Shown here in pieces: positions 16,443 through 17,144 of a DNA stretch of 17,144 bases. The notes beneath the pieces are model-generated. The model searched no databases and was not told where the DNA came from. It was given only the letters and a program-made list of their open reading frames with translations. Source of the DNA: Candidatus Heimdallarchaeota archaeon. Lineage in GTDB: Archaea > Asgardarchaeota > Heimdallarchaeia > JABLTI01. The stretch lies in NCBI GenBank assembly GCA_030614005.1, contig JAUWKS010000068.1, forward strand, positions 1 through 17,144. The letters are read 5' to 3'. Each line of letters starts with the position of its first letter. The stretch's first letter is position 1. The position numbers were made by a program, and so were the translations under genes.

Positions 16443-17093
16443 TTGAGAGCTAGAAAAGGAAAGGAACTACAGAAAAAAAACAAACCATTAGTATATGATC
16501 GAAGTGGAATCGTTGTATCAAACCTTCTCTTTAGAGCAGGAGTCTTTTTTCTGATAGTAAATCTTATGCTCCTTTCTCTCGGAACGACTGCTCTTTTCAC
16601 AAATGCAAAAGAAAACTCACAAGAATCAAATAATGATTTAGGAATAAAAGAACAAATCCACAGTGAAACATATATTGATAATATAGCGGATACATTGACA
16701 ATAGGTCCTTTTAGTAAAGAAACAGTCATTCGTATTAATTATACTGTTCTTCCACAATCGAATTCCAGTGTTGACTTTGTATTTCATTATGCCTATTTAG
16801 ACTATACAACTTGGTTACCTGTTCCACTGAATTTTACTCTTACAGTTGGGGAGTCTTTTTCTGGTGATTTCACTCTAAATAGAACGATTAATCAACCCAC
16901 ACTATCTTTTGGTTTCGACGCTCATGTAGTAATCGGAGGGACTAATGCTACTGTTCACTGGTGGTATGAAGTACTTGTAACGGGTAAAACACCTGCTGCT
17001 GGTTATATTGTTGTAAGTGGGACGTTATTCCTCCTATCATTGGGAGTAGCTATCCATTCTAAAAGCAAAGTGTTAGGAGAAAAACAAACATGA
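16443..17093 (+). CDS. Hypothetical exported protein with C-terminal membrane anchor
   Basis: N-terminal hydrophobic segment, beta-rich body with several NxS/T sequons, and a TPAAGY + TM + basic tail. Start uncertain. Confidence 0.65.
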   Translation: MRARKGKELQKKNKPLVYDRSGIVVSNLLFRAGVFFLIVNLMLLSLGTTALFTNAKENSQESNNDLGIKEQIHSETYIDNIADTLTIGPFSKETVIRINYTVLPQSNSSVDFVFHYAYLDYTTWLPVPLNFTLTVGESFSGDFTLNRTINQPTLSFGFDAHVVIGGTNATVHWWYEVLVTGKTPAAGYIVVSGTLFLLSLGVAIHSKSKVLGEKQT

Positions 17094-17107
17094 ATAAGAA
17101 GGAAATA

Positions 17108-17144
17108 GTGAGCAAGAGATTTCGAAATAAGCGAGATGCGAAAA
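17108..17144 (+). CDS. Possible start of next ORF (partial)
   Basis: AAGGAA followed by GTG AGC AAG AGA..., open to the window end. Only 12 codons visible. Confidence 0.25.
   Translation, partial: MSKRFRNKRDAK

Noticed and set aside
10314-16729. Short ORFs 10314..10499, 12556..12747, 13392..13634, 15403..15588, 15899..16093 and 16412..16729
   Set aside because: Shadow or alternate-frame ORFs over longer genes with clear protein features.

Overview
AT-rich archaeal window, probably Asgard/Heimdallarchaeia-like. This is inferred from the 24-aa LRR + RING-like protein, the choice-of-anchor-S-like and LVIVD surface proteins, and GGTGA/AGGAG ribosome-binding sites. The left ~8.9 kb is a defence/toxin-antitoxin hotspot. 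It holds an XRE-ImmA/IrrE + DUF4411 PIN pair, a HEPN pair, a RHH/UPF0175 + frameshifted PIN pair, a solo divergent Cas6, and a tightly coupled four-gene operon (Panacea/DUF4065-like, PIN, PD-(D/E)XK nuclease, Zn-binding TGT-like protein). The cargo blocks are separated by three diverged copies of the RBS and first ~30-35 codons of a Cas4/AddB-like nuclease gene: truncated at 469, decayed at 5620, and near full-length at 8902. This suggests repeated capture of cassettes at the 5' end of that gene, although no integrase is visible. The near full-length copy is itself frameshifted at a (TC)4 run, which cuts off two cysteines of its probable Fe-S motif. The right half looks like ordinary chromosomal genes: surface proteins, LRR-RING, flavodoxin, a SAP-domain protein and small membrane proteins. 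No rRNA, tRNA or CRISPR array was found. All family calls come from motif recognition by eye, not from database searches.
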